64,000 nt of DNA, taken from assembly GCA_041178425.1 (NCBI GenBank), contig JBEGVH010000009.1, positions 128,001 to 192,000 of the forward strand, written 5' to 3'. A model generated the notes under the pieces. It ran no database searches. It saw only the letters and a list, made by a program, of their open reading frames with translations, and was not told where the DNA came from. This document shows, in pieces, positions 28,881 to 38,727 of this stretch (position 1 is the stretch's first letter; every line of letters begins with the position of its first letter). The position numbers were made by a program, and so were the translations under genes. The stretch comes from Pseudomonadota bacterium. Lineage in GTDB: Bacteria > Bdellovibrionota > Bdellovibrionia > Bdellovibrionales > Bdellovibrionaceae.

Positions 28881-30485
28881 TCAGAACTGAGTGAGGCTCA
28901 TTTTCTTTACGATTCCGTAGTAGTACTTTTGAAAACTAGCGCCATCTAAAGGCATTTTCATCATTTTTACCACCTCACTACGGCTCCATTTTTTTGATCG
29001 ATAGAGTAGGTACAATTTTTCCCCCAACATAGCTCCAAGAAGCTTGGCGGCCTCTGTAAATGTGAAATCATCATACTCCCCTTTTTTAAGCCCAAGCAGA
29101 CCACCATGGGTAAAGTAGCTCACTTCGCGAACCTTCTGATTGATAGCAAGAATTAAGATCTTACGATTCTTTCCTTTTGAGTCCGAACCAACGAGAGATT
29201 TTCTCAGATCCTCAAGGGTATTTGTTTTTCTTTTGTGATTAATGATCTTTGATCCAAAATAGGCTATCGCTTGAATCCAAATCTGACGCTCAAAATCTTT
29301 ATCTCCGGCAACATAGAGAGAGCCCCTTTTTGACAGAAAGGCATGGACCAACTCTCCCGCCAAGGCCGCTGTATGATTGACTGTAACCCTGCCTAGGTAT
29401 CCTGCCTGTAAGTGAGGAATATAAAAGCTTTTCTGTTGCGATATCCAACCTTGTACAACGAGCCACTCCGTTTTCTTAAGCTGGTCCCGGATTCTCGAAT
29501 AAAGTTGAGTGTCTTCTGCGGTATAAATTGCAGGATAAAGATCTTTGAGCTTCAACTTAAATTCGGACCCCAGAAAAACAACCAACTTTGCCACATGATC
29601 AGTGTGGTCAATATCGCCCTCCCAATCATCTATTTGCCGATCGTAAGTGTTTTCGAGAAAAAGCAAATAGCTTTGCCATTTGACCCAAGGAGGAACTGAT
29701 TGAACACAAAAATCACCGCTCCTAAGTTGCAAATACTCAAGCCTATTCTCCAGTCCGCGACTGAGAGCATGAAAATACAACTCTTCGTCGTTCTGAAAAA
29801 CCCTCTTAATTTTTTTTGCAGGAATCCCGACATTTTTTTTGATCGCGGCCGGTAGTTGTCCACTCGAAAGATGGAGATCTCCATAAATAATAACGATCTT
29901 TCTATGGGGAAAACGTCGATGAATTTTTCGCAAGCAAATAGCCGAAAAATTTTCTCTTGTTTTAATCGATTTGATTTTAGTTTGCCGGAGTCCCCAATTT
30001 ATACCAAAAAGGGGGATTTTATTTTTGATGGCCCAATCAACAATAGGCTTATAGTGTTCCCAAGGGAACCCCCATGTTTTGGCCCAGGAGATTTTTTCTA
30101 AAAAAGCTTTTTCACTGATTTTTCCGTGCCAGTAGGCATCAACGTATTTTTGATGCCTCGATTGAAAGAATTCAACAGCCAAAACGGGATAATCATCTTG
30201 AGGCCAATCTCGAAGTATCCTTAGATGTGCTCTTTGTGATTGCTGAAGAGCATGAAAGTCTCCCATTAAAATAAAGGATGCAGACTTAACCCCCAGATAG
30301 AGCTCCCCCTTCGAAATGGCTCTCCAGGATTGATTTAATTCTTTTGCGTATTTTCTCTCGAGGGGAAGAAATTCTTTCCAAGTTTCAGCCAGAAGTTTGT
30401 GCACATCGGCCTTGATTTGCAGGTACAATTTTTTTCGAATCTGCACCCATTCACGTGTTGCTTTATCAAAAAACTTAGATGACAT
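28881..30485 (-). CDS. ChaN/PhuW-like (EreA/TIKI superfamily) domain protein with C-terminal extension
   Basis: ILMGDFH, LAVEFF, WGFPWEHYKPI, IYGDLHL resemble ChaN; no lipoprotein signal. Confidence 0.7.
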   Translation of the reverse strand: MSSKFFDKATREWVQIRKKLYLQIKADVHKLLAETWKEFLPLERKYAKELNQSWRAISKGELYLGVKSASFILMGDFHALQQSQRAHLRILRDWPQDDYPVLAVEFFQSRHQKYVDAYWHGKISEKAFLEKISWAKTWGFPWEHYKPIVDWAIKNKIPLFGINWGLRQTKIKSIKTRENFSAICLRKIHRRFPHRKIVIIYGDLHLSSGQLPAAIKKNVGIPAKKIKRVFQNDEELYFHALSRGLENRLEYLQLRSGDFCVQSVPPWVKWQSYLLFLENTYDRQIDDWEGDIDHTDHVAKLVVFLGSEFKLKLKDLYPAIYTAEDTQLYSRIRDQLKKTEWLVVQGWISQQKSFYIPHLQAGYLGRVTVNHTAALAGELVHAFLSKRGSLYVAGDKDFERQIWIQAIAYFGSKIINHKRKTNTLEDLRKSLVGSDSKGKNRKILILAINQKVREVSYFTHGGLLGLKKGEYDDFTFTEAAKLLGAMLGEKLYLLYRSKKWSRSEVVKMMKMPLDGASFQKYYYGIVKKMSLTQF

Positions 30486-30543
30486 TTGTACCTATTGTTT
30501 CACCCCCGGTGGTTGATTTCAATCATAATGAAGAGGTTTTAAT

Positions 30544-31740
30544 ATGCGCCGACAAACCAGCAGCACTCTCAACATGACCTTAGCCCTCATCACAAGTTTG
30601 GCCGCTCTTGCTGTTCATTTTTATCTCACTAAGCATTTTCATGAACTTCACTTAGGTCTGTCATCAGGGTCAGCGGCTTGCAATATCAATAAAACATTTA
30701 ACTGCGACGCCGTCTCTGCCTCAAACTTTTCATCCTTAGGCGGTATTCCCATTGCACTTTGGGGACTGACCACGCAAATTGTTCTCCTTATTTTAACTCT
30801 TACTTTTGTCTTAGGTCTTTCGTCGAAGAAAGACCTCGTTGGTCGTTGCGCCGCCTACCTCAGTGCTTTTATTGCTGTAGCCTCCATTGTTATGGGCGCT
30901 ATCAGCCTTGCGTTTTTGCAAGCGTACTGTCTCTTTTGCCTTTTCGCCTACGCTCTGAGTTTTGTTAATTTTTATGCGTTATGGAATCTCAATGATAGAG
31001 TGAACTTCAACAATTTGGCGAAAGACCTTAAAGACGCTGCATCTGATTTTAAGTGGATAGGAATTTTAACAGCAGGTATCGTGCCCCTCACGTTTCTGTT
31101 GAATAGCATGATTCTCGATAATTACGGAGGATCTCTCATAAAGGATGCTGCAGAATCATCCTTTTACGGATGGCAGGGTAATCCTGATAATAATTTCTCA
31201 GAAGAGGGTCTTAGCAAGGGACCAGCAGCCAATGCTCGAATGACCATCGTGGAATTCGCAGATTTTCTTTGTCCTCATTGTAAGCATGCTTATCCTAGCT
31301 TGAAGGTTTTTGCTGATTCGCACCCTGACGTTCGAGTGATCTACAAACTTTTTCCTCTGGATGGAAACTGTAATGCAGCAACCGAAATGCCTAAAGGAGA
31401 TGGCACTCGCTGTCTTTTGGCCAAGACGGCATATTGTGCAGAAAAATTAGGTCAAAAAGGCCTAGCCGTCTACGAGGCTATTTTTAATAAGCAAGAGGAG
31501 TTTCACGGTGCAGGTAATGCTGCCAATCTCGTAAAAACAATCGTCGAAGACAATGGTCTCGATAATAATAGGATGGAAGAATGCCGAAATAGCGAAGAAA
31601 CACACAATAAGATTCTACAACAGTCACAAGAGGGACTTTCGGCAAAGATCGAAGGCACACCAACCATCTTTGTAAACGGCAAACACCTGTCACGCGGGCA
31701 ACTACTTCCTGTACTACAAAGGGTTTATAATTCTCTCTAA
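30544..31740 (+). CDS. VKOR-DsbA (thioredoxin) fusion protein
   Basis: Loop Cys pair CNINKTFNC, membrane CLFC, DsbA EFADFLCPHC and cis-Pro GTPT. Confidence 0.92.
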   Translation: MRRQTSSTLNMTLALITSLAALAVHFYLTKHFHELHLGLSSGSAACNINKTFNCDAVSASNFSSLGGIPIALWGLTTQIVLLILTLTFVLGLSSKKDLVGRCAAYLSAFIAVASIVMGAISLAFLQAYCLFCLFAYALSFVNFYALWNLNDRVNFNNLAKDLKDAASDFKWIGILTAGIVPLTFLLNSMILDNYGGSLIKDAAESSFYGWQGNPDNNFSEEGLSKGPAANARMTIVEFADFLCPHCKHAYPSLKVFADSHPDVRVIYKLFPLDGNCNAATEMPKGDGTRCLLAKTAYCAEKLGQKGLAVYEAIFNKQEEFHGAGNAANLVKTIVEDNGLDNNRMEECRNSEETHNKILQQSQEGLSAKIEGTPTIFVNGKHLSRGQLLPVLQRVYNSL

Positions 31741-31764
31741 AAAGACGCACGACCTTATTGATAC

Positions 31765-32292
31765 TCAACGCCCGAGGAGCCGTAGGATTTTATCACCAAG
31801 ATTGGTAATCGTCTGGTCGACATAGATTCCAATCACTCCTCCAAAACCACCAATAATTTCTAAGACAAAACCTGCAATAGCAGTTACAACCATAGCATAA
31901 AAAAAGGCTCTTACGACCCAGAGGGTGGAACGAGAGTCTTCATTTTTGAGCCGCCCCACTTTTCGATGCATTTTGGATACTGTTTTTTGAAGTTCAACAA
32001 AGTGTTCGTTGGCACGATCAGAAAGATCTCTCTGCTTTGCACGAGTCAGACTGCTCATCCCCGGAAAACTTTTTTTAGTTCGTATGGCATTTACCAGATC
32101 AATGCAATGAAGCACTATTCGTTCCATCTCAATCTTAAATCGAGGATAAGGAGAGGGCTGATTGAGAAAGTTATGAAGAATATCGACAGCCTCATCAAAT
32201 GACCCTGCAATGACCGCATTCAATACGGCCTCACTGAGTTCATCAACACTCATTTCACCCAAGGTCTGTTCGTGCTTTTTTGCTGCTCCCAT
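31765..32292 (-). CDS. Hypothetical membrane protein
   Basis: 175 aa, helical N-terminus, C-terminal hydrophobic segment. Confidence 0.7.
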   Translation of the reverse strand: MGAAKKHEQTLGEMSVDELSEAVLNAVIAGSFDEAVDILHNFLNQPSPYPRFKIEMERIVLHCIDLVNAIRTKKSFPGMSSLTRAKQRDLSDRANEHFVELQKTVSKMHRKVGRLKNEDSRSTLWVVRAFFYAMVVTAIAGFVLEIIGGFGGVIGIYVDQTITNLGDKILRLLGR

Positions 32293-32299
32293 AATGTCT

Positions 32300-32326
32300 T
32301 TATCGACACCTCTACCCTCATTCTAA
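32300..32326 (-). promoter_or_regulatory. Putative sigma-28 promoter
   Basis: TTAG-N15-GTCGATAA, 7 nt upstream of ATG 32292. Confidence 0.45.
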
Positions 32327-32486
32327 AGTCCTGAGTTGATGCCAAAACTCGTTGTTTCTTTTCCTACAGGCTCATCGAAGGTCTTGACTCTGGACCGCCC
32401 AGACGAAGTGCTCGTTCCCGGTTTACTTTTTGACAGAACCTAAGGCCGATTCAATAATAGACTTACCGACAGCTACTCGACATTCG

Positions 32487-32500
32487 TTGATCGAGATCAA
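32487..32500. promoter_or_regulatory. Perfect FNR/CRP-family consensus box
   Basis: TTGAT-CGAG-ATCAA in the intergenic region between divergent genes. Confidence 0.4.
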
Positions 32501-32529
32501 TCGTGACCGTTTTTTCAAGGAGTGAAACT

Positions 32530-33708
32530 ATGGAACGTCGATTAATGTTAGCAAAAAAATATCAACATCTTTCAGGCTCTGAAAGCTTGGAAAATTCATT
32601 TGATTTAAATGAAGATAATCCGAACTTAACGAAGCTTCCCACGGCTAAAGTAAAGTCGGGCGCCATCGAGAGTCTACTCTCTCAGAACGAAGATCTCTCC
32701 GCTCGACTAAAAGTTTTGCTGCGTCGATTGGCAAGCATCGAAGAAGAAAATCTAAAACTGACCCAAGAACATCGCGAAATGAAACATCAAGTGACAGGGC
32801 TTGCAGATCAAGCCTCTGTTTACAGGGAAAAAGAACATACTTGGCGCGAAAGGACTATTACTGCCGAGGAGGCCCTCGACATGCAGCAGTCGGAACTTCG
32901 CCAAAAAGAAGTCGAATTTGCTAAGCTCCGAGCTCAAGAATGGGAAACGCGAGAGCACCTTCAGAGTCAAATGCAAAAAACTGAACGCTCTTTCCTTCGC
33001 CTACTGCGGTATCGCGCCCGAGTGAGAAACTGGGGCCATCCAGCACTCAAGCGACTTCAGAATCTACTTGCCGAAAAAGAACAGCGCATCGAGCAATTCA
33101 AAAGAGAATTACAGAATACTGAAATTCAGAGTCAAAACTTAATTCACAAAAATCTTGAACAGGTTCGCAAAGGTCGCGAGGCCGTACGAGCCATTGAAGA
33201 AGAGAAACTTCAAATTGTTGCTCAGTTTGAACAGCAACGAGACGACCTTAAAGCGGAGATACTAACTCTTAATGAAACAACTGTTGAATTGCGCAAAAAG
33301 GCTTCGCTGCTCGATCGTAGCTTGGAACGACAAGATTATTTAGAAAACCGCCTCATTTTTGCGGAACGAGAAAATCAGGATTTACGCGAACGCTACAATC
33401 AGGAATTCAATCAGGTTCAAGTTCAAATGCACGATTGGCGAACCAAGGCTCAAAAACTCGAGGCCGAGAACGAATACCTCGCGAAAGCCAAAGCGGAATT
33501 CGAGGGGCAGTACCATCGCACCCGTGAAGTGGCTAGTCGCCTAGAGGAGCAAATGGACGCTCTACGTATTTTATGGAAAGAAAAAGTACATGAAAACGAG
33601 CGGCTTCGTAATAATTTGCAGGCTGTTGACTCGATCAATTCGGAGCTCTCACTAAAAATCAATGAGCTCAGTGACTTTAATCTCGCAAACATGCCGGAGC
33701 CGATCTGA
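32530..33708 (+). CDS. Cytoplasmic all-coiled-coil protein
   Basis: Continuous E/K/Q/L/R heptad-rich sequence; RBS AAGGAG before ATG 32530; no TM or signal. Confidence 0.8.
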   Translation: MERRLMLAKKYQHLSGSESLENSFDLNEDNPNLTKLPTAKVKSGAIESLLSQNEDLSARLKVLLRRLASIEEENLKLTQEHREMKHQVTGLADQASVYREKEHTWRERTITAEEALDMQQSELRQKEVEFAKLRAQEWETREHLQSQMQKTERSFLRLLRYRARVRNWGHPALKRLQNLLAEKEQRIEQFKRELQNTEIQSQNLIHKNLEQVRKGREAVRAIEEEKLQIVAQFEQQRDDLKAEILTLNETTVELRKKASLLDRSLERQDYLENRLIFAERENQDLRERYNQEFNQVQVQMHDWRTKAQKLEAENEYLAKAKAEFEGQYHRTREVASRLEEQMDALRILWKEKVHENERLRNNLQAVDSINSELSLKINELSDFNLANMPEPI

Positions 33709-33810
33709 CAAAGAGGCTCTATGACATGTAACAAGAATTCTTGAATCTTCACCGTTATTTAAATAAGCTTCAAGGCAGAGCGACACTTATCAACAACAGG
33801 GGGAGATGAG

Positions 33811-36237
33811 TTGAGGTCTTCGATCTTCACGACATTTTTTCTTCTGAATTTGGTTATATCATTTGTTTCTCCGTTCTCCTTTGGCCAAACATCTTTTGAT
33901 GGCATCCTCATTCAAGCTGATTCTGGCGAGAGAAATCTACAAAACAGGTCCGTCGAGCTATCGGGAAACATTCAAATTATTTTCAATGGCCAACATTTGA
34001 GTGCCGATCGCGCTACGATCTATCAAGATCGTAGCGAAATTGAAGCTGAAGGACACATACTTTTTACGACAGCGAAGACAACTCTTGGTGGCAATAAAAT
34101 AGTCATCAACTACAAAACCAACAAAGGCTCCGTCTACTCAGGGTTTATTCAGTCAGGTCAGGTTATTTTTGAGGGGTCAGTCATTGAAAAGAGGGGCGAA
34201 GACGAATATTTTGCCCTACAAAGCCAATACACATCCTGTACAACCTGTCCGGCGGCATGGAGTTTTGCTGGTCAATCGATCGAAGCAGAAATCGGCGGTT
34301 ATGCCCTCATAAAAAATAGCTTTCTTTATTTCGGCACTGTCCCCGTCATCTGGCTGCCATATCTGATTGTTCCCTTAAAGAGCGAACGGCAGACTGGGCT
34401 CTTGACTCCTAGTGTGGAATACTCAAAGCGCGAAGGACTGAGTCTTGCGCAACCTTTTTTCTGGGCGATATCGAAACACCAAGACGCCACTTTTACCGTT
34501 CAGAGCTACGCGAACCGAGGAATGAAAACGCTCACGAATTACAGATATATCCTTGATAAAAATAGTTCGGGCGAACTGGATGCCGGATATATTCGCGATA
34601 GTTACTTTGGAACAAGTAAACGTTTTTCTACCTTCATGCCCGAAACATCTCGAATCAATCGTTGGTTTATGCGATACCGGCATTACTACGTTCTTCCGGA
34701 GAATTGGATCCAGAGAGCTGAAATCAACAACGCGAGTGACCTTCAATACACGAATGATTTTCCGTTTGAAACTCATAGCCTGGGCGATCCTGCCATGGAA
34801 TCAAGACTCTCACTCACAAAAAATTCAGAGGACCAACATTTCAGCATAGATACCTCTTATTATGTGAATCTACTGAAGGCTAATCCTTCGGCGTCTAATA
34901 ATGACAGTGTTCATCGCTTGCCAGAAATCAGCCTTATTTCGACGAAAAAACCGCTAGGAGACAGTGGATTTCTCTTTAACTACCAGCTTCGTTACACCCA
35001 TTTTGCCCGAAATGAGTTTGCTTATGATGACCTCTCGTCAGGCAACGATTCCGAGGGAAAATTCAATCGCCAAGTCACCTACCGATGTGCAAATGGCGCC
35101 ACAGGAACAGATCCAAAATGGGAATACGATCCAACTTGTAAGCCAGTCAGAGACGGAGAATTTAATCCTGGAACTGATCTCATTCGCTCGGGTCAACGAT
35201 TAATTTTTGAGCCAAGTCTGACTCGTCCTTTTCAGCTTGGAGCCTTCTTCAATCTTATCCCTCGCCTTTCTTTTCGTGAATCTCACTACCGTTTTGGTAT
35301 CGAAGATGTTCCAGATCTTACCCGCCAGTTTCTAAGAACTGAATTAAGGTTGCAAACAACATTTAGTCGAATTTTTGGTGATTTGAGCGATCCGTATTCC
35401 CAACGCTATAAACATGAATTTCAACCAGAGGTCATTTCAACCTCAGTGCCTTGGTTGAGTCAGCCTTATCATCCGTTTTTGGGTTTTACTCAATCTTCTG
35501 AAATTCCTTTTTTCTCGCGCGAAGCGGCCTCCAACTCTGATCTTTATGGCGACAATGGCATTCAATTTGACTATGACGACAGACTTTTTGATCGCAATTT
35601 GGTCACCTATCGTGTGATCAATAAGATTACCAAAAAATCCTGGGATGAGGCTCAATCGGCCGCCACTTACGATCGTCTTTTGACTTGGCAACTGAGCCAA
35701 ACCTACGATGTTTATGAAGCTCAAAGCGGAGGAACCCCTCGACCGTGGTCAGACATTGAAAGCATATTGAATATAAATCTTAATCACTTTAATACATATA
35801 CAAAAATCAACTTCTTTCCCTATCAAAAGCTAGCAGATACATCATCGCAGGTTACAATGAATGATGATCGCGGAAACTACTTAAAACTAGGGCTGACACG
35901 CAAATATCAGCCAGACAATGAAGGGGTCATCGACGTCAAAAAACGAACCGAAGACTATTTGCTTCAGGTTGGAACCACTGCAAAATATGTGAATCTCGCC
36001 GGACGAGTGATTTATAACGGTAACGAGTATTTAGCCGCCCAAGATACCACTCGTATCAAGGCTCTCACCTATGCGGTCATTCTACGTCCACCTGGTAATT
36101 GCTGGGGAATTCACTTCTTACAACACAGCGATGTATCTACTCGCAATACAACTTACAAACTTCAGTTCGATTTTTTATTTGATGGAAAAGCCTCAACACA
36201 GTCGCCAACAAAACTCTTGGAAACTTACGGTTTTTAG
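33811..36237 (+). CDS. lptD: LPS-assembly protein LptD
   Basis: Signal peptide, OstA-like N-terminus, YTSCTTC..W, WLPYL..P..SERQTGLL, QPFFWAI, C-terminal NCWG. Confidence 0.9.
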   Translation: MRSSIFTTFFLLNLVISFVSPFSFGQTSFDGILIQADSGERNLQNRSVELSGNIQIIFNGQHLSADRATIYQDRSEIEAEGHILFTTAKTTLGGNKIVINYKTNKGSVYSGFIQSGQVIFEGSVIEKRGEDEYFALQSQYTSCTTCPAAWSFAGQSIEAEIGGYALIKNSFLYFGTVPVIWLPYLIVPLKSERQTGLLTPSVEYSKREGLSLAQPFFWAISKHQDATFTVQSYANRGMKTLTNYRYILDKNSSGELDAGYIRDSYFGTSKRFSTFMPETSRINRWFMRYRHYYVLPENWIQRAEINNASDLQYTNDFPFETHSLGDPAMESRLSLTKNSEDQHFSIDTSYYVNLLKANPSASNNDSVHRLPEISLISTKKPLGDSGFLFNYQLRYTHFARNEFAYDDLSSGNDSEGKFNRQVTYRCANGATGTDPKWEYDPTCKPVRDGEFNPGTDLIRSGQRLIFEPSLTRPFQLGAFFNLIPRLSFRESHYRFGIEDVPDLTRQFLRTELRLQTTFSRIFGDLSDPYSQRYKHEFQPEVISTSVPWLSQPYHPFLGFTQSSEIPFFSREAASNSDLYGDNGIQFDYDDRLFDRNLVTYRVINKITKKSWDEAQSAATYDRLLTWQLSQTYDVYEAQSGGTPRPWSDIESILNINLNHFNTYTKINFFPYQKLADTSSQVTMNDDRGNYLKLGLTRKYQPDNEGVIDVKKRTEDYLLQVGTTAKYVNLAGRVIYNGNEYLAAQDTTRIKALTYAVILRPPGNCWGIHFLQHSDVSTRNTTYKLQFDFLFDGKASTQSPTKLLETYGF

Positions 36238-36250
36238 TTCTAATGCTTAA

Positions 36251-37351
36251 TTACTGATACTCAAAGTAGGCTGCACAAGCTCCTTCGGAAGACACCATCG
36301 GCGCCCCCATAGGATTTTGCGGATGGCACTTGGTTCCGAAAAAAGGGCATTGCTTCGGCTTGATCAATCCCTGAAGAACTTCGGCCGCTCTGCAATCATT
36401 GATCGTCGTAGAACTAGAAAAATCAAGGCCACTCCACTTTTTGCGCGCATCGAATCTCTCATATTCTGGCCTCAAATCTAACCCACTCGAGGGAATTTTT
36501 CCAATGCCTCGCCACTCTTGATTCACTAATTGAAAAACCTTTTGCAGTGTCTGTTGAGCCACAGGATTTCCCTCTGGCTTCACCATTCTAGAGTACTGAA
36601 TATCGACAACGCACTCCCCTTTTTCGAGTAATTCCACAGTTCTTCGAATTCCTAAAAGCACATCGACCGGCTCAAAACCAGTAATTACGATAGGCACACC
36701 ATATTTTTGTGCCAGGGGTTCGTACTCACGAGATCCCATCACTGTGCAAACATGACCGGCAGCGAGAAAACCTTGCACGCGCGTTGCTGGATTATCCATG
36801 ATCGCGGCGATCGCTGGTGGAACGCGCACCTGATGAGTTAACAAATAGAAATTAATTAAACCTAACTTTTCTGCTTGGAGTAAGGCGATCGCATTCGGTA
36901 AAGAGGTGGTTTCAAATCCCACGGCAAGAAAGACGACTGTTTTTTCGCGATTTCTCTCGGCCAACTTGACGGCATCCAGGGGAGAATACACGACTTCAAC
37001 CTCTCCCCCTTGGGCACGGGCCTGAAGAAGAGAACCATTGAAGCCCGGAACCCTCAGCATATCTCCAAAACTGGCTAACACAACACCTTCTTGAAGACAA
37101 AGATGGATAGCCCTGTCGATAACACTCTGAGGAGTCACACAAACAGGACATCCGGGCCCATGAATCATTTGAATTTCTTGAGGGAGGATTTGCTCAAGCT
37201 GATATTTTACAATCGAATGAGTCTGACCTCCGCAGACTTCCATAATTCTCCAAGACTGACGACAAATACTTTTAATTTGTTGAGTGATGGCTCGAATTGA
37301 CTGAGACTCTCTAAACTCCTCAAGGTACTTCACTGGCCTAATCCTCGCCAT
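36251..37351 (-). CDS. hypD: Hydrogenase maturation protein HypD
   Basis: MEVCGGQTH, GPGCPVC, GFETT, AGHV, C-terminal Fe-S Cys and MVSSEGACAAY. Confidence 0.97.
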   Translation of the reverse strand: MARIRPVKYLEEFRESQSIRAITQQIKSICRQSWRIMEVCGGQTHSIVKYQLEQILPQEIQMIHGPGCPVCVTPQSVIDRAIHLCLQEGVVLASFGDMLRVPGFNGSLLQARAQGGEVEVVYSPLDAVKLAERNREKTVVFLAVGFETTSLPNAIALLQAEKLGLINFYLLTHQVRVPPAIAAIMDNPATRVQGFLAAGHVCTVMGSREYEPLAQKYGVPIVITGFEPVDVLLGIRRTVELLEKGECVVDIQYSRMVKPEGNPVAQQTLQKVFQLVNQEWRGIGKIPSSGLDLRPEYERFDARKKWSGLDFSSSTTINDCRAAEVLQGLIKPKQCPFFGTKCHPQNPMGAPMVSSEGACAAYFEYQ

Positions 37352-37574
37352 CTCTCATGAGTGCGAGTTCCTGAATAATTTTATTTGCTTCAGCCTCATC
37401 AATAATCTGCAAAGCCACTCCCGCATGAGCAATCACATAATCGCCCACGGTTGCTTCGGGCACACAGGCCAGACTGATTGTACGCTGAATGCCGCCAAAA
37501 TCCACCTCGGCCGACCTGTCAATAGCATCAAGTTCGTTCAATTTTATTATCAACCCTGGAACCGCCAAACACAT
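37338..37574 (-). CDS. hypC: Hydrogenase chaperone HypC
   Basis: MCLAVPG N-terminus; VGDYVIAHAG. Confidence 0.97.
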   Translation of the reverse strand: MCLAVPGLIIKLNELDAIDRSAEVDFGGIQRTISLACVPEATVGDYVIAHAGVALQIIDEAEANKIIQELALMRDGED

Positions 37575-37589
37575 TCAAGTAAGTCCTCT

Positions 37590-38384
37590 CTAGAGCAATC
37601 GAATCGCTTCAAGTCGTTGTTCTATCCATAGGATAAGACTATCTAGTCCCTCTTCCTTAATGGCGCTGGTCTCAAACAGGGGTGCCATCGAATTGAGGCG
37701 CCTGACCTGTGATTTTGCTTTCTGTAGAGACCACTGCAGATGTGGAACTAAATCCATTTTAGTTAAAATGATAGCCTGAGCTTGAGAAAAAAGGACCGGA
37801 TACTTGACCGGCTTATCCTCACCTTCTGTGGTCGAAAGCAGAGCCACTTTGGCCGCCTCACCAAGATCAAAGGCCGACGGGCAAACAAGATTGCCCACGT
37901 TTTCAATAATTAAAACATCGGTTTCCGGAGAGATAAAAGTTCCTAACTCTTTTTGAATATGAGGGGCATCGAGGTGACAGGAGCTATGGGTGTTAATTTG
38001 CTTCACCAAGGCCCCTTTATTCTGTAGTCGATCGGCATCTAAACTAGTAGCTTGATCGCCGACAAGCACAGCCACTCTGAATTTTTTTGAGAGGAGCTGC
38101 AAAAGCTTTTCTAAAAGAAGAGTTTTTCCACTCCCTGGCGAACTGATGAAATTGAGACAAAGAATTTTATTATCGAGAAACCAAACACGATTGTTCTGTG
38201 CAATCTCATCGTTTTTTGCAAGCACAGCAAGAGTAGTATCTATGACCACTTTCTTTGCTGAGTGAACAGAGTGATGATTCGTGTGATCGTGATCGTGATC
38301 GTGACTGTGCCATGTGCCGTCTTCGTGTTGGTGCCAACTTGAGTTCTGTTCTGCTTTTACGCTACAACCACAATCTTTACACAT
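37590..38384 (-). CDS. hypB: Hydrogenase nickel incorporation GTPase HypB
   Basis: MCKDCGC, His-rich tract, SSPGSGKT, CHLDA, ENVGNLVCP, EGEDKPVKYP, TKMD. Confidence 0.97.
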   Translation of the reverse strand: MCKDCGCSVKAEQNSSWHQHEDGTWHSHDHDHDHTNHHSVHSAKKVVIDTTLAVLAKNDEIAQNNRVWFLDNKILCLNFISSPGSGKTLLLEKLLQLLSKKFRVAVLVGDQATSLDADRLQNKGALVKQINTHSSCHLDAPHIQKELGTFISPETDVLIIENVGNLVCPSAFDLGEAAKVALLSTTEGEDKPVKYPVLFSQAQAIILTKMDLVPHLQWSLQKAKSQVRRLNSMAPLFETSAIKEEGLDSLILWIEQRLEAIRLL

Positions 38385-38727
38385 GAGGTTCTCCTTCGAT
38401 TTTTTGAATTAAAAAATCAGTTCCATCGATGGTCTCCGTATCGTTACTGCCACAGGATCGACACTGAATATGCCAATCATCAACTTTTTGTTCTAATCCA
38501 CAGGCCATACACCGAATACGCCAGGGCACCGACGTAATGTGCATCTTCAAATGCGCCCAATCACTCGAGGGAATAAAGAGATTGTAAGCGGACTCTAGAA
38601 AACTAATATCGACTCCGGCCATTTCTCCGACCGAGACATACACGTCGGTGATCGACGATAAATTGTACTTTTGTTTCATGTCGCTGAGTTGATCAAGCAT
38701 ATTTTCAAGTAAGCTCAACTCGTGCAT
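38377..38727 (-). CDS. hypA: Hydrogenase nickel metallochaperone HypA
   Basis: MHELS N-terminus; CMAC and CRSC zinc motifs. Confidence 0.96.
   Translation of the reverse strand: MHELSLLENMLDQLSDMKQKYNLSSITDVYVSVGEMAGVDISFLESAYNLFIPSSDWAHLKMHITSVPWRIRCMACGLEQKVDDWHIQCRSCGSNDTETIDGTDFLIQKIEGEPHV

Noticed and set aside
38283..38304. (GTGATC)n tandem repeat as a contingency locus
   Set aside because: In-frame hexamer encoding the normal His-Asp tract of HypB
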